DNA of 64,000 bases, from the NCBI GenBank assembly GCA_013265495.1, contig MU058636.1, positions 1,178,001 to 1,242,000 on the forward strand, written 5' to 3'. The position numbers were made by a program, and so were the translations under genes. Positions 11,976-24,320 of the stretch are shown one piece after another. This DNA comes from Vicugna vicugna. Lineage: Eukaryota. Position 1 is the stretch's first letter; every line of letters begins with the position of its first letter. The notes beneath the pieces are model-generated. The model did not search any database. It saw only the letters and a program-made list of their open reading frames with translations, and had not been told where the DNA came from.

Positions 11976-12769
11976 AAGGAGGAGGAGGAGAAGGGAGGGA
12001 GATTCACGCCCATCCCAGACCTCCTGAGAGTGAAGACATGAGGGTCCTGCCGGCCTTTGCTGGGTCACGAGCCCTCGCGCCAACACCCTGGCTCCAGCCG
12101 CGGCTTACTCTCCAGGCAGTGGAGTCCCAGAGTGACAGCGGGAGCCAGATTGTATCTGCCACTGTCCCTGTCCCCCAGGGGCACGATTTTGACCTTGGCC
12201 CCCGACAGCATGAATTACTCTTGACAGAGCAGGACTTTTTAACCTCCCCTTGGTCAGAAGTGGATCCAGACCGTCCTGTGTCCAGGAAGTCTTCCTCTTG
12301 GCTGGAGGATTATGTTGCTGCAGGTGTCACCGGCCGCATGTTAATGTCCCACGAGATGGCAGTGTTGTCCCAGCCCAACGCTCACACATGGCCCTGTCCT
12401 AGGCTCTCAGGTAGCACAAGGGATGAAAACCAAGCGGATTCTAGATTTCTGCCTCTGGAAACTCACGGGCTCAAGTTTCATTTGAATAAATGATTATGAA
12501 GTAACAATTAAACTATGACTTGAAAGGGAGAGAACTGAGATTACTTAAAAAATTGTAAACAACTCTTCTTTATCAAATCTCCTTACAAAAATGCAGTGGA
12601 GAAAAACAAACGTCCCTTTCAAGAATGAAAGATCTCATTCCAATACTGTCTTTGGACTGGACTGACCCCACGCAGTCTGGAGCCACCCGTCTCCCTTGGT
12701 CTTTCTCTTCCTGGGCAGAAGGAACTTGGAAGAGGGCCAAGAGGCAACGTGGCCGAGAGGCAGGCGCCT

Positions 12770-12960
12770 CCAGAGATCTGGACTTGAACTCTGGCCCCAC
12801 CACCCATCAGCTGAGCAGTCTTCACTCGCCTCCATGTGCCGAATTTCCTCATCTGTAGGAAGGAGAATGGTTCTATCTCCCTGTGTGTTTGCAGGACACC
12901 TAGACCAGTGCCCAGCAGGTCACACATCCTCAGGAACCGATGGCCAGGCACTTGGCAGTT
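12770..12960 (+). mobile_element. MIR SINE
   Basis: MIR core motif tttcctcatctgta, preceded by tggacttgaactctggcccc. Confidence 0.6.
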
Positions 12961-13014
12961 CTCAGCTCAGGGTGCTCCCTGCGCCTTCTCAAGAATTTTT
13001 TAAATTATTAACCC

Positions 13015-13915
13015 CAAATGCAAATCAAAATCATAAAGGGGAAGAAGCTCTGCTTTGCATGCAGAAGGTCCTGGGTTCAATCCCCAGTCCCCCATTAAAA
13101 TAAATAAATGAACTTTAAAAAACCTAATTACCTCCCCCTGCCAAAAAAAGGGGAAAAAAGAAAGAAAAAATTATTTTAAAAAATCATGAGATAATCACCT
13201 CACATTCATTAGGATGGTTATCATCAAACCAAAAACACAAACAGAAAATGACACGTGTGGGCGAGAAATGTGGAGACACTGGCATCCTTGAGCATGGCTG
13301 GTGGGAATGTAAAATGGCACAGCTGCTGTGGAAAATGGGACGGTGGGTCCCTCTGAGTCACACAGGGAACAGCTACGGGTCCAGCAGCTCCACTCCCAGG
13401 TACATACTCACCAGGTGGACAGCAGGGGCTCAGCGAGGCGTCTGAGCAGCCGTCCTGCTGACAGCAGTATCCACAACAGCCAAGAGACGGAAACACCCCA
13501 AACCAACAGATAAATGGATAAACAAATGTGGGACAGACGTACGATGGAATATGATTCAGCCTTAGAATGGAAGGAACTTCTGACACACGCCACAACGTGG
13601 ATTAACCCTGCTGACACGCTGGGCGAAGCAAGCCGGACACTAAGGATATCGTGTGACTCCACTGGCATGACATACCTACAGCACTCGGTTTACAGAGACA
13701 GGAGAACGGTGGCTGCCAGGGGCTGGGAGGAGGGGGCAGGGAGAGGTGTTGTCTCACGGGGAGCCAGCTTTGCCAGATCAGAGGAATTCAAGACATGGGA
13801 GGTGGTGATGGCCGTACAACAGTGTGTGTGCACTTAATGCCAAGAACAGTAGATATAAAAGTGGTTAAAATGTACATTTCATGTCCTGTACATTTCACCA
13901 CAGCTTTTTAAAAGC
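13015..13915 (+). mobile_element. L1MB-type 3' fragment, interrupted by a SINE
   Basis: ORF 13248-13445 reads GEKCGDTGILEHGWWECKMAQLLWK (ORF2p C-terminus). Terminus gtggttaaaatgtacatttcatg..caccacag. Confidence 0.85.
13037..13179 (+). mobile_element. Vic-1-like SINE with A-box region deleted
   Basis: gcatgcagaaggtcctgggttcaatccccag, then cctaattacctccccc. TSD aaaatcataa / aaaatcatga. Confidence 0.85.
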
Positions 13916-14683
13916 CTACTTTAACAAATTTTCAAAAAAAGACATTAAAAAAGAAGAAACAGAACAACAGAATTGACATTTCTAAGGTAGCAGCTCTTTA
14001 TAAAACCTCCCTAAGAATGATGCAGTGGGGCGCTGAGAAGTTCACAGGTGGGATAGTCCTTCCGAGAATGAACGAGCAGAGAAGGGAAAGGCCTGGAAAT
14101 CTGGAAATGAGCCACTGCAAATTATATCCTGTATAAAGACCAACGCCACCTCCTAAGGGGACACAGCTGCTCAGAGGGTTTACATTTCAAATAAGCGAGT
14201 TCACAGGCCCAGCACGATGGCTCGAGCTGGCCTGGGCCCCAGATGAACACACTGGCCCTTGCCCAGCTCATCCCCTTGGTCTCTGAGCACCAGATCCATG
14301 AACTGACCCCTCCAGGCCTGGTGGCCTCCAGGGGTCACTGAGACACGGCTCTGCGGTGGCTGCAGTGACCCCAGGAGGGCGCAGAGCTGCTGGAAGAAGC
14401 CCGCCCTCCCTCCCTGGGCTGCTCCCTGGCAGAGGCAGCCCAGCACTGCCCGCGTGGCCTGCTGGACGGCCGATCAGAGGACAGACTCCAAAGAAGTGTC
14501 TGAAGTTCATGGTGACGGGGCTACAAAAGGGCTATCCTAGAGCAGAAGGGTGGCCTGAACCCCACCCAAGACCCCCCCAGTGGTTCTGCCGGGCTCCCGC
14601 TACCGGCCCATCCAAGGCCATGGAAGCCAGGTTGGAGGTGACACTCGTATGCAGAGTTAAAAGTTCTCTCCCAGATCTTCCGT

Positions 14684-14775
14684 CACACACACGCACCCAC
14701 GTGCACACAGACACACTCATCTCCCATGCACACACACATGCACACACACTCGCACACACGCGCCCACACAGACAC
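14684..14775. repeat. Degenerate (CA)n-rich simple repeat
   Basis: Directly visible. Confidence 0.85.
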
Positions 14776-14804
14776 AGTGCCAGTGGGAATTTACATTAGT
14801 AGAA

Positions 14805-14895
14805 GATGCAGGACCGAATCACCATGCTGTACCCCAGAAACTAACACAACATTGTAAATCAACTGATCTTCAGTTTAAAAAATTAATTTAAAAAA
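14805..14895 (+). mobile_element. Extreme 3' end of camelid-type L1
   Basis: atgctgtaccccagaaactaacacaacattgtaaatcaact plus A tail. Short TSD agaagat. Confidence 0.8.
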
Positions 14896-15164
14896 AGAAG
14901 ATCGATGGATGACATAGTAGATACCTGAAAAGGCAGTGTTTGCAGACTCTGGGAAAAGATTCAAAACTAGTTCTGCTAACCCACTGTGTTTTCCTCTGGG
15001 AACAACAGCGATGCCACGATGCTACAGAAATGCCCCAAAGAGAAGCCGATGGGAGGCCAGGGGATGCCTGTCCAAGACGCTGCTTCTGGACTCCTGCAGC
15101 GCTGGAACTCCCGGGCGGCCGGGAGAAGAGCCGTCACTAGACAAGCCCCCGTGCCTACAGCCCA

Positions 15165-15560
15165 GTTACTTAATTAAATGACCGCTTTACTGTGCCTAGA
15201 GCGAGCTGTGAGGCCAGTCCAAGTCCTGCCAGCTTTATGGGGTCCGCGGGCTCTTTACAAGTTTCCTCAGCTCCCAAGTGTCGAATTGGGGCTGTACAGA
15301 CAGATAAAGGACAAATCGGGCTGTTGGGATTGCAGCCTTTCCCTGCGATATCTTTATACTGCGCTGTAAAAGCCTATCAGACTTAATTTAAAGAGTGAAA
15401 ACTGTTGACATCTCTTCCAATTGCTAATCTTTAGGAAACAATGAGTGGAATATTATTTGAAATGAATAACTGCTCACTTTATTGGCGAGTAGTAAAAACC
15501 TAATAGTTGGCAAAACAATAGGTGTTTACTCTTCAAGATAGTCGGGTTTATTGGCTCGAG
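15165..15560. promoter_or_regulatory. Candidate conserved enhancer (HOX/CDX, SOX, FOX, GATA motifs)
   Basis: TTTATTGG at 15478 and 15547, TTTATGG at 15234, AACAAT at 15437 and 15514, TGTTTAC at 15523, AGATAA at 15302. No repeat similarity recognised. Confidence 0.5.
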
Positions 15561-18047
15561 CGCTGAGAGCGCTTACAGTCCACTCTGCCCATCTTGGGGC
15601 TTCACCCGGCGAGAGCATCGCAGGCTTTGCTTGCTCTTGTTACTCTTGTCTTTTTTTCCCTCTTCTTTCGTTCTTTCTTTCTCCCCTCCTCGGATATGAG
15701 TAAAGACACAGTATCAGATGCGGCATACCTTCCATTTAACTGAAAAATATCCTTTGAGGGACAAAAAAAAAGGCTAGTCAGATGCTGGTTCTTAAAGGCT
15801 GGAGAGTCCCAAAGCGAGAGTTTTGGGACAGGAGGCGGGCAGAGACGTGACCAGGGCTGGGAGCAAGTCTAGTGCGTGTGGGTGTCCCTGCTGCGCACAC
15901 ACTCACTCACACACACACTCCACAGCAGGACTGGAGGAGGCTGCTGTCTGCCACCACGTTTTGTCCCTGTGTCCCTTGTCTGTCCCCTCCACTCCCCTGG
16001 GAGTCTGGGAGCACCTGGCACAGAGACACTTCATAAACACTCAGAAAACAAGGTGGTAAGTAGGTGGACACTGAACCAGAGAACTCATGTGTATTACAGC
16101 ATTTTGAGAACAGACTTTTTTGTGCTAGTGACACCCGATTCATCTCTCTTTAGCCTCCCCATCCTTGACCAGGACCTCTGTGAATGGGGTGCACTTCATG
16201 CTCCTGTGGCTGTTTCTACAGGACAGATTTCACTGCCACGCGCCAGTCACAGCAAAACACTTACAAGTCCCAAGAGGGGAGGCGAGCCGCTGCCCGTGCA
16301 CTGGACCTGGCAGTGCCTGTAGCTGCAGCCATTTGTTCGCAAAGTAAGCTCTCATGCCTTCCCCGCTGCTCAGGAGAGAGGAGTGACTGCTCCACGTTGA
16401 GACCAGGGCTCCTGGTCTGCACACCACAGGGGTGGGGTCCGGGCCTAGGCTTTTGCTGTGTTAGGTAGTTAGCTCCCCAACTTGACTCTAAAATGCTCCC
16501 TGCCCAGCAGCCGAGGAGGGGCCCCAGGAACAGCCCTGGTAACAAGCGCCCCCGAAACTGCAGGTGCTCGAAATGACTCCGTCCTGAGGCCACTTTTCTC
16601 TGGAAGCACCAGAAGCAGGCGGGGTTGCCTGTTTGTTGTGAAGCCCCACTTTGGGTTCTGAGCTCCTGCGGGCAGGCCTGAGGCCCCGCGACCCCTCCAG
16701 TGGCCCAGCCCGTCTTGGAATCAAGGACAAATATCACATCTGCCTGGACACTGAGGTGGAGCCCAGGTGGCAGGGCCCAGCCTCTCCTTGGCTCAGGCTC
16801 CCTGCTGCTGCCTGTGAATCAGCCCCGGGGTGCTGGGCCGGGTGCAGAGGGTGGCGAGGCCTCTAGACCAAGCCCCCGCGGCCGGGCCTGCGATCACTCA
16901 CCCAAAGAGAGGCTCCTTATCCTCCTTATCTCCTGAACTTTCAGCCTGCTAATTCCAACCGAGGTCCATATCGCTTCGCTTTAGGTAATAAAAGGAAAAA
17001 AAAAAATTTTATCTGCAGTGGCCAGACCCAGTCTCTCCTCGATGACTCCTCTGTGGGACTATTTCCTTGTTTTCTGTGCCCCTGTCTCTCTGGTCAAGGC
17101 CAGCCAAAGATCAAGGCTCGCCCAGTGGCCTGAGGACTTGGCCTCGTCACCAGGCCAGTCAGAAGGCCCTGAGTCCAGTTACTCACAGGCTGGACTCAGG
17201 GTCACTGCCAAGGTCGGGCACAGGTGCACAGAGGAGTGCCAGCCCCTATGCTTCCTGTTCCTTGAATAATGAGGCGCCCGTCCACTGGGATTCGAGACGC
17301 ACTGACATTACCTAAGGAAATCCCTTTTTAGGCGAGATTGGGGCTCTGCGAGGTCCAAGAGGACTAACACCACAAGAAGCCACCATCTGACTCTGCGTGG
17401 CACTTGGAGCCCCAGGGTGGCAGCCGGACCGCAGTCAGTCTAGGGGAAGCCCACCCCTGCTGCCATCTGCTCTGCCTGAAGACGGTCCGTGTGCTGCGAC
17501 AAGAGGGAAAGGGGCAATGTCACTTCTTCCCAGTGGCCCTGAAACAAGGGACCAGATGGAAGACAAGCCAGCTCTGACAGACACGTGGACTCCACGTCTG
17601 GGAGCTGTGCCCCTGACCAGAGGCCGCGGCTCGGACCAGCTGGTGGACGCATGAGAAGGGTGGCAAGGGGAGGAGGGGAGCCCCAGAGGTTACTCCTTAG
17701 CACGGCAGCCCCAGAGATGCATCCTCAGAGAGAAATGGCCCCGTGGCTCCGCTGCCCCACGGCCAAGTCCCCCTGCTCCACCCTTGTGCCTCCCCTAAAG
17801 CAGAAAAGGCCTTTCCTACTGGCCCCTATCTGTGAAGGGAACTCCCTACCAGGACAGAGCCGCTCAGACACAGGCTACACCCAGAGACCCCCTTCTCGGG
17901 GTGGCACCTAATAACAGCAGGTTTCAGCTGCCTCCACTGAATCATGGTGTGGCAGTTTTACCTTCCACAGCAGCAGCATCACGTGGCCACACACAACACC
18001 ACCTCTGCAGAAGACAAAGGCCCCACAGGAGCTTCTAGAAAAAGTGT

Positions 18048-19241
18048 TTCACTGAGCCTACCCAGGCAATAGCAATAAAAGCAAAAATAAACAAATGGGG
18101 CCTATTTAAATTTGTAAGTTTCTGCACAGCAAAGGAGACCATAAGCAAAACAAAAAGACAACCTATGGAATGGGAGAAAATATTTGCAAATGATGCAATT
18201 GACAAGGGCTTAATTTCCAGAATATATAAACAGCTCATACAACTTAATAACAAAAAAACAAACAAACAACCCAATCCAAAAAGGGCAGAAGACCCAAACA
18301 AGCAATTCTCCAATGAAGACATACAAATGGCCAAGAAGCACATGAAAAAATGCTCAATATCACTAATTATCAGAGAAATGCAAATCAAAACTACAATGAG
18401 GCATCACCTCACACCAGTTAGAATGACCATCATTAAAAAGCCCATAAACGATAAATGCTGGAGATGGGGTGGAGAAAAGGGAACCCTCCTACACTGCTGG
18501 TGGGGATGTAGTTTGGTGCAGCCATTGTGGAAAACAATATGGAGGATTCCTCAAAAAACTAAAAATAGACTTACCATATGATCCAGCAACCCTACTCCTG
18601 AGCATATATCCAGAGGGAACCTTAATTCAGAAAGACACCTGCACCCCAATGTTCATAGCAGCACTATTTACAATAGCCAAGACATGGAAACAACCTAAAT
18701 GTCCATTGACAGATGACTGAATAAGGAAGTTGTGATATATTAATACAATGGAATACTACTCAGCCATAAAAAAATAAAATAATGCCTTTTGCAGCAACAT
18801 GGATGGACCTAGAGATGATCGTTCTAAATGAAGTAAGCCATAAAGAGAAAGAAAAATATCGTATGATATCATTTACATGTGGAATCCCCCCAAAAAAGAC
18901 AAACTTCTTTACAAAACAGAAACAAACTCACAGACAAAGAAAAACAAACTTACAGTTACTGGGGGAAACGGGGTGGGAAGAGATAAATTGGGAATTGGAG
19001 ATTTGCAAATACCAACTAATACACATAAAATAGATAAACAAGTTTATACTGTACAGCTCAGGAAACTACATTCAGTATCTTGTAGTAACCTATAATGAAA
19101 AAGAATATGAAAAGAAATATATGCATGTATATGTAGGACTGAAACATGATGCTGTACACCAGAAATTGACACATCGTAAACTGACTACACATCAATTAAG
19201 AAAACAATAATAAATGATAATCAAAAAAGAAAAGAAAAGAA
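18048..19241 (+). mobile_element. Young 5'-truncated camelid L1 (ORF2 C-terminus, 3' UTR, A tail)
   Basis: ORFs 18165-18581, 18469-18720 and 18782-19033 give [59 protein letters not shown], with a frameshift and stops. Partial TSD ..aagtgt. Confidence 0.97.
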
Positions 19242-19519
19242 AAAGAGAAGTGTAGCCTTGAAGAATGCCAGTCTTTAAAGATGCCCAGGGCTCACTCAAA
19301 GTGCCAGAGGACCAGAAGGGGCAGGGGCTGGAGAGATGCCCGAGTTTGCCTGTGCTGGCTCCTCGGCACCTGGCGGTCCCCACGTGGAGACTCGAGTTGC
19401 GGCCAGGGAGAAAGGGAGGGCAGGACAGCCAGTGCAGGTTTGGGGGCCTGTCTTACACATCTCGCTGTCTCCTCACTCAGCAGCCAGAGTATCCACTTCC
19501 GGTGCTGATTCCGCCAGAG

Positions 19520-19960
19520 CATTAATGATGCTGTAAAATAATAAGGCTCGAGACGGCCGCACGAGAGCAAGCCCTTGATAAAAGGGAGATTTACAGCCAC
19601 ATCCATCAATTTAATTATCTTTTACTAGGGTTTAAACTTAGCAGGAAGACTAATCTCTATTTCGCACGGTTTACAGGATCTATGGACACTTTACAATCTT
19701 CCTCTATTCACAAGTGTCAAATTATGGCAATATTGATAAAACGGTGGAGGAAACAGCGAGGGAGACAACCCCAGAACTGGCTAATATGCCTTTTACTGCA
19801 CCGTAAAAGCCTATTACTTACTCTGATTTGGGGGTGAAAATGTGTGGCCAATAATCTGAGTTGATAATGTTTCGGAAACAATAGCACAGATAATAAAAGC
19901 TGCCTTCGACACCCCAACCCAGCCCCAGTCTGAGCGCAGCCTCCTCCTCGGACTTGACCG
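19520..19960. promoter_or_regulatory. Candidate conserved enhancer next to a CpG-rich patch (19960-20140)
   Basis: Dense TGATAA (19576, 19734, 19862), TTTAC/GTAAA, CCAATAA (19848), AACAAT (19877) and TAAT sites in unique AT-rich sequence. Confidence 0.5.
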
Positions 19961-21339
19961 TAAAAAGCTGGGGCACAGGGCCGAGGTGGAGGCCGCGCGG
20001 CGAAAGGCAGCCACCGCTCCCTGCTCGGCCGAGAGCGGGCCTGGGAGGCCTCGGAGGCCTCGGGCGGCCGCGCAGCAGCAGGGAGCCACGCAGCCCACGG
20101 CCCGGGCTGCTCTGCTCCGAGCTCCCCGCCGCCTGCACGGGCTTCCTGCAAGTAGCCAGTCTTCCAGAAAGCCTGTGGGAGTCTGTGGTCGGCACTTGTC
20201 AGGGGAGAGAAGGAATAAGCAGCCCAGAAAAATCCTGGCCTTGGAAACTGGCCCGCAGACCACCCCCAGCCAATGGTGCGGCCACAGCACAGGGCCCCAG
20301 GGTCAGTGTGGTGCCTCTGAGCCCATCGCCCCCAAGGCACCGCCGCCTGCACCCAGGAAACCGGGCTCTGTCTCATCCACTCCCTCTGGCTGTTGGGCCA
20401 AACACCCTTTGAGTGGTGGTCACTTTAGGTCCTCTCCACCTAGAACACAGCATCAAACCCTTTGGTGCTTCCTGGCCTGATCTGCTTGGAACTGAGACCA
20501 CCAGGCAAACACGACCCTGCTTTCAAACAGAGGCTCCCTACAGGTGGATGGCACTCATCCAGGATGTTGGCTGGTTCCTGGTGGAAAGGGGAGAAGGCCT
20601 GTGCCCACCTCTCAGCCTCCAGAGCTTCACCAGGGCCCTGTGTCATGCGGGGCTCCCTGGGAATGGCTCGACCCACACTGCCTCAAACTCCGGGCATGCG
20701 GCCCCAGCCCGCACCGTGCTTTAGAAGGCACCGTTTCTCAAGGCAATTTCGATCCAGTGCCCCATGCCCACTTTGAGTGCTGGGCCCAGGCTGGAGCTCA
20801 GGTTGGGGAAGTACTGAGCTCCCAGCATGGAAAGCCTGTCTTGGAGTTTATACTCCAGTTCCGCAACCAGGCCTTTTGGTCCTTAATTCTATTTCTCTGC
20901 CTGAGTCCTGATCCACACAGGGAACGGTGGCTGGGGACATGGGGACAGAGTGACGGGAGAAAGAGAAGGAGCCGGACCCCACTCCACAACACACAGCAAT
21001 CCCACCAGCCAGCCTGCTGAGGACAGCCTGGGGCATCCACTGTCCCCACAACACCTCCAAAACACTCTCCATCCTGCTGTGGGTGCAAGACCCTTACAAC
21101 CACCGACCCTAATCCTTTCCAAACAGGGGACCCTACCAACCACAAATACAACATCATCTTGTGAACAGAGACCACTTGTGGTACAAAGAAATAAGCTCCC
21201 GAAACTTCTCTGAGCCACAATGATTTGATCTGCACAGTGGAACTACCTGTCTTCTCCAAGAGCCTTTATGAAAATCACAGGAATGTGTACTATTACGGAG
21301 GCTCTTTATAAACTGTAAAGTCCTATGACAGTGGCAACA

Positions 21340-21545
21340 ATAGCAGCGTCATCTAACTCGTGACACGCCAGGCGCCAGGCTCAGTGACTCACATGCATTT
21401 ACTCCTTTGAAGAACTTCCCCTCAAAACCCTATGAGGGGATCCTCACTGTCACCTCATTTCCATGGAGCAGAAACAGGCTGGGAGAGGCTGAAGGACTGG
21501 TTCAAGGTCACGCAGCTGGTACACAAGAGGTGGCCTAACTCAAGC
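21340..21545 (-). mobile_element. MIR SINE
   Basis: gaaacaggctgggagaggctgaaggactggttcaaggtcacgcagctggt. Confidence 0.7.
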
Positions 21546-23320
21546 GCTGCTCGGGAAGCGAGGGGCAGGGGCCTTTGGGCTGGGATAACGGTAGTGTGAT
21601 CCGGGGAAGCCGGCCAGCCTGGTGGCCGCAGGGGCCTGGGGTCAGACGGGCATGGGAACCACTGGGGAGGGGAGAGCCAGCCCTTTGCCAGCACAGCCTC
21701 CAGGACCAAAGTATCCAGATGCGATCCACTTCCGAGCTCAGAAGCTCCACAGAGCCGAACCAAGCGAAGTGAGGTACTAGCCCAGACTCCCTGCATCCTG
21801 AGGCACTGGTGTCGAGGGTGTGCAGTGGGGGCTGGGCACACACGGCAGAGGGTCTTCTCACTCAGCAAGACAAGGGGACCCGTCCAAGGCCACACTGCAG
21901 AGGAGAGGCTAGATGCCAGCTCTCTCCCCTCCCAGCTCGGGGCTCACCCACGGCCCCAGGCCGGCCTGTGTGAGGTGTGAGCTGCCCCCGCCCCAGCCCA
22001 GTCGGGGGAGCCGAGCTCAGGTGTAGCTTCCAAGGCCACTCAGGCTTGTGCCGCCCAGGAGTCTGCACTTTGAACAGACGCACACCTTCCCCACAACCCC
22101 CGCCCGCACTCCCCAGGAGCAGAGTGCCCCCAGTGCTGTCTTTGGGGGGCTTTTTTTTTTGCTGCGTGGACTGGAGGCAGAGGGGTTGGGCTCTAGTGGG
22201 TTTGTTTTTGGATTAATTTTAAGGCTGCCTCATTAGAGTGAATTAAATCTCCCTCCCAGGCGTGCACCATTGCTTCTGAACTCACACACAGGTCTTCTAA
22301 AACTAGCTTCCCTCTTTATTTTCCTAAACCCTTTTCCAGTGTCTTCCTCTCGGTCTCTTCGGGCCGGATCCCGTCTGAGGCTGGGCCTTCCACCCCTGCG
22401 ACAGTCCCGCAGCACCTGAGAGGTATTTACAGAACAGGCCTGTGCTCTCACCCCCCAAAGGCAACCTGGGAGACGGAGCCCAGGCCCGAGCTGGCGCGCA
22501 GAGCTGGGGAAGGGCCAGCCGGCCTTCCAGGCTGGAGCCGCCTCTGCGTGTGCACCTAGGCCAGGTGCGAGAGTGTGAACCGAAGATGTGGCTTGGAAGA
22601 CACACGCCTGTCAGAGGGCAAAGGTCTGGAGAAGCGTGCGGGGCTAGGAGGGAAGGCAGAGGGACCCTGATGGCGCAGATACCACTGCCACGCTCCACAT
22701 TCCGCAGAGCTGCCTGCGGAGGGCGGGGTGGTGGACCATACACGGGAGGGCTATCTGGTAACCTCACCTTAATGGTGATTGTTTATCAACTTGCTCCCCC
22801 AGGGCCTCAGGACACACAGCAGGTGCATTTGCAAGAGAGATAAAAGCAGAGACAAAGGTGGGGGGGAGCGAGAAAAGCCAGGATGCTGCAGGAGGGGAGA
22901 CCCTTGGGTCAGGCGGGGAGAAGGGAGCTGAGAATCATGGAAACACAAACCCAGGTGCGCAGAGCCGCCTGCACAAGTGTTCTCAGGGTCTGCTTCGCCA
23001 GCTTCCTAGAACCATATGGATTATAAAGCAGCCCCTTCATACTTTGCTGAGGGTAGACTCCTGCAGCTACAAAGAATGACCGGGATGTGTGCCCTCCTAC
23101 TGAAACATTCCTGACTGTCTCAGCGTCAATCCCGAAATGGGCAGGGGCCTCGGGGCCCAGCTGTCTGGCCCAACTCTCATCGCACAGCGAGGAGCAAAAG
23201 GCGTCACGGGTGTCCCTGGAAAATCAGAGAAACTTCTTCTAACCCAGGAAAAAAATCCTTCCCTCTATTTCAAGAAAAAAAAAGAGAGAGAGAGATTTCT
23301 AGTGATAAAAGGAAGTTTCC

Positions 23321-23636
23321 CCAAAAAGACACAAATGAACTTATTTGCAAAACAGAAACAGACTTGCAGACACAGAAAACAAATTCATGGTTCCCAGGGG
23401 GAAATGGAGTAGAAAGGGATAAACTGGAAGTTCAGGATCTATAGATACTAACTACTATATACAAAATGGATAAACAAGGTCCTACTGTACAGCACAGAAA
23501 TACATTCAACATCTTGTAGTGACCAATAATGGAAAACAATGTGAAAAGGAAGACACGTATGTACATGCAGGACTGAAACATGCTGTACTCCAGAAACTGA
23601 CACAACCTTGTAAACTGACTGTACTTCCATTTAAGA
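23321..23636 (+). mobile_element. Camelid L1 3' UTR insertion
   Basis: acaaatgaacttatttgcaaaacagaaacagac. Perfect 14-bp TSD aaaaggaagtttcc (23307-23320, 23637-23650). Confidence 0.95.
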
Positions 23637-23689
23637 AAAAGGAAGTTTCCAATTTCCAATAATAATGAGCGATTAAAAGAACATTCTCA

Positions 23690-24320
23690 AAGATCATCAA
23701 GGAAATTGTAGTAAAATGTCAACAATGGCCGGAAATAAAAGTCGATATAATTTCTCTGCAGGACAACATAAATATTCCAGCGGTGATTCACTTGGCCATA
23801 AGTTATTTTCAAGCACACACGTTTTCCTCTTTTACACTGTATGTATCTCAAAATTCATGTCACTCGTGTGAGCAGAGCGGGGAACGGAAGCACGCAGATC
23901 ACCTTCAGTGTAAAATACACATTTTAAAAATTCTAAAAAGGTTAAGGAGACATAGTGATTGGCTTGAATCATGGCTGGGCGAGAACTGCTTGGGAGGTGC
24001 AGCTGGTTCCACGAATGATGCAAGAAACAAAGGGCTTACTGCAGCCACGGAGGGGAAAGGGCCGCGATCAAGCCCATTTTGTTTGCCGTGTGCATGGAGG
24101 CAAGAAGTCAGCTCAGGATTCTGCCCTGTCTTATCCGCCCAATCTTATCAGGTGGTAAATCTGTCCTTTGATCTTGTCAACAATGTGGAAAGTTGGAGAC
24201 AGCTGCCACCACCCCTGGTCAGCAGGGCCTCGCCATTCCCTCATAAAACATTTATGAAACCTGTAATAAACCGGCCTGATAAGGAAGAGGTCTCGAGATT
24301 TCAAAACTCAGCAGCTCCGC
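23690..24320. promoter_or_regulatory. Candidate enhancer (GATA, TCF/LEF, SOX, CDX/HOX motifs)
   Basis: CTTATC at 24130 and 24144, CCTTTGATC at 24165, AACAAT at 24179, TCATAAA/TTTATGA at 24241-24257, GTAATAAA at 24263, TGATAAG at 24277. Confidence 0.5.

Noticed and set aside
18165..19033. Protein-coding gene from the L1-like ORFs
   Set aside because: 5'-truncated L1 ORF2 with a frameshift and stops.
19717..20480. Multiple 150-220 aa ORFs
   Set aside because: Stop-codon scarcity in a CpG/GC-rich patch. They are open on both strands with no recognisable protein.
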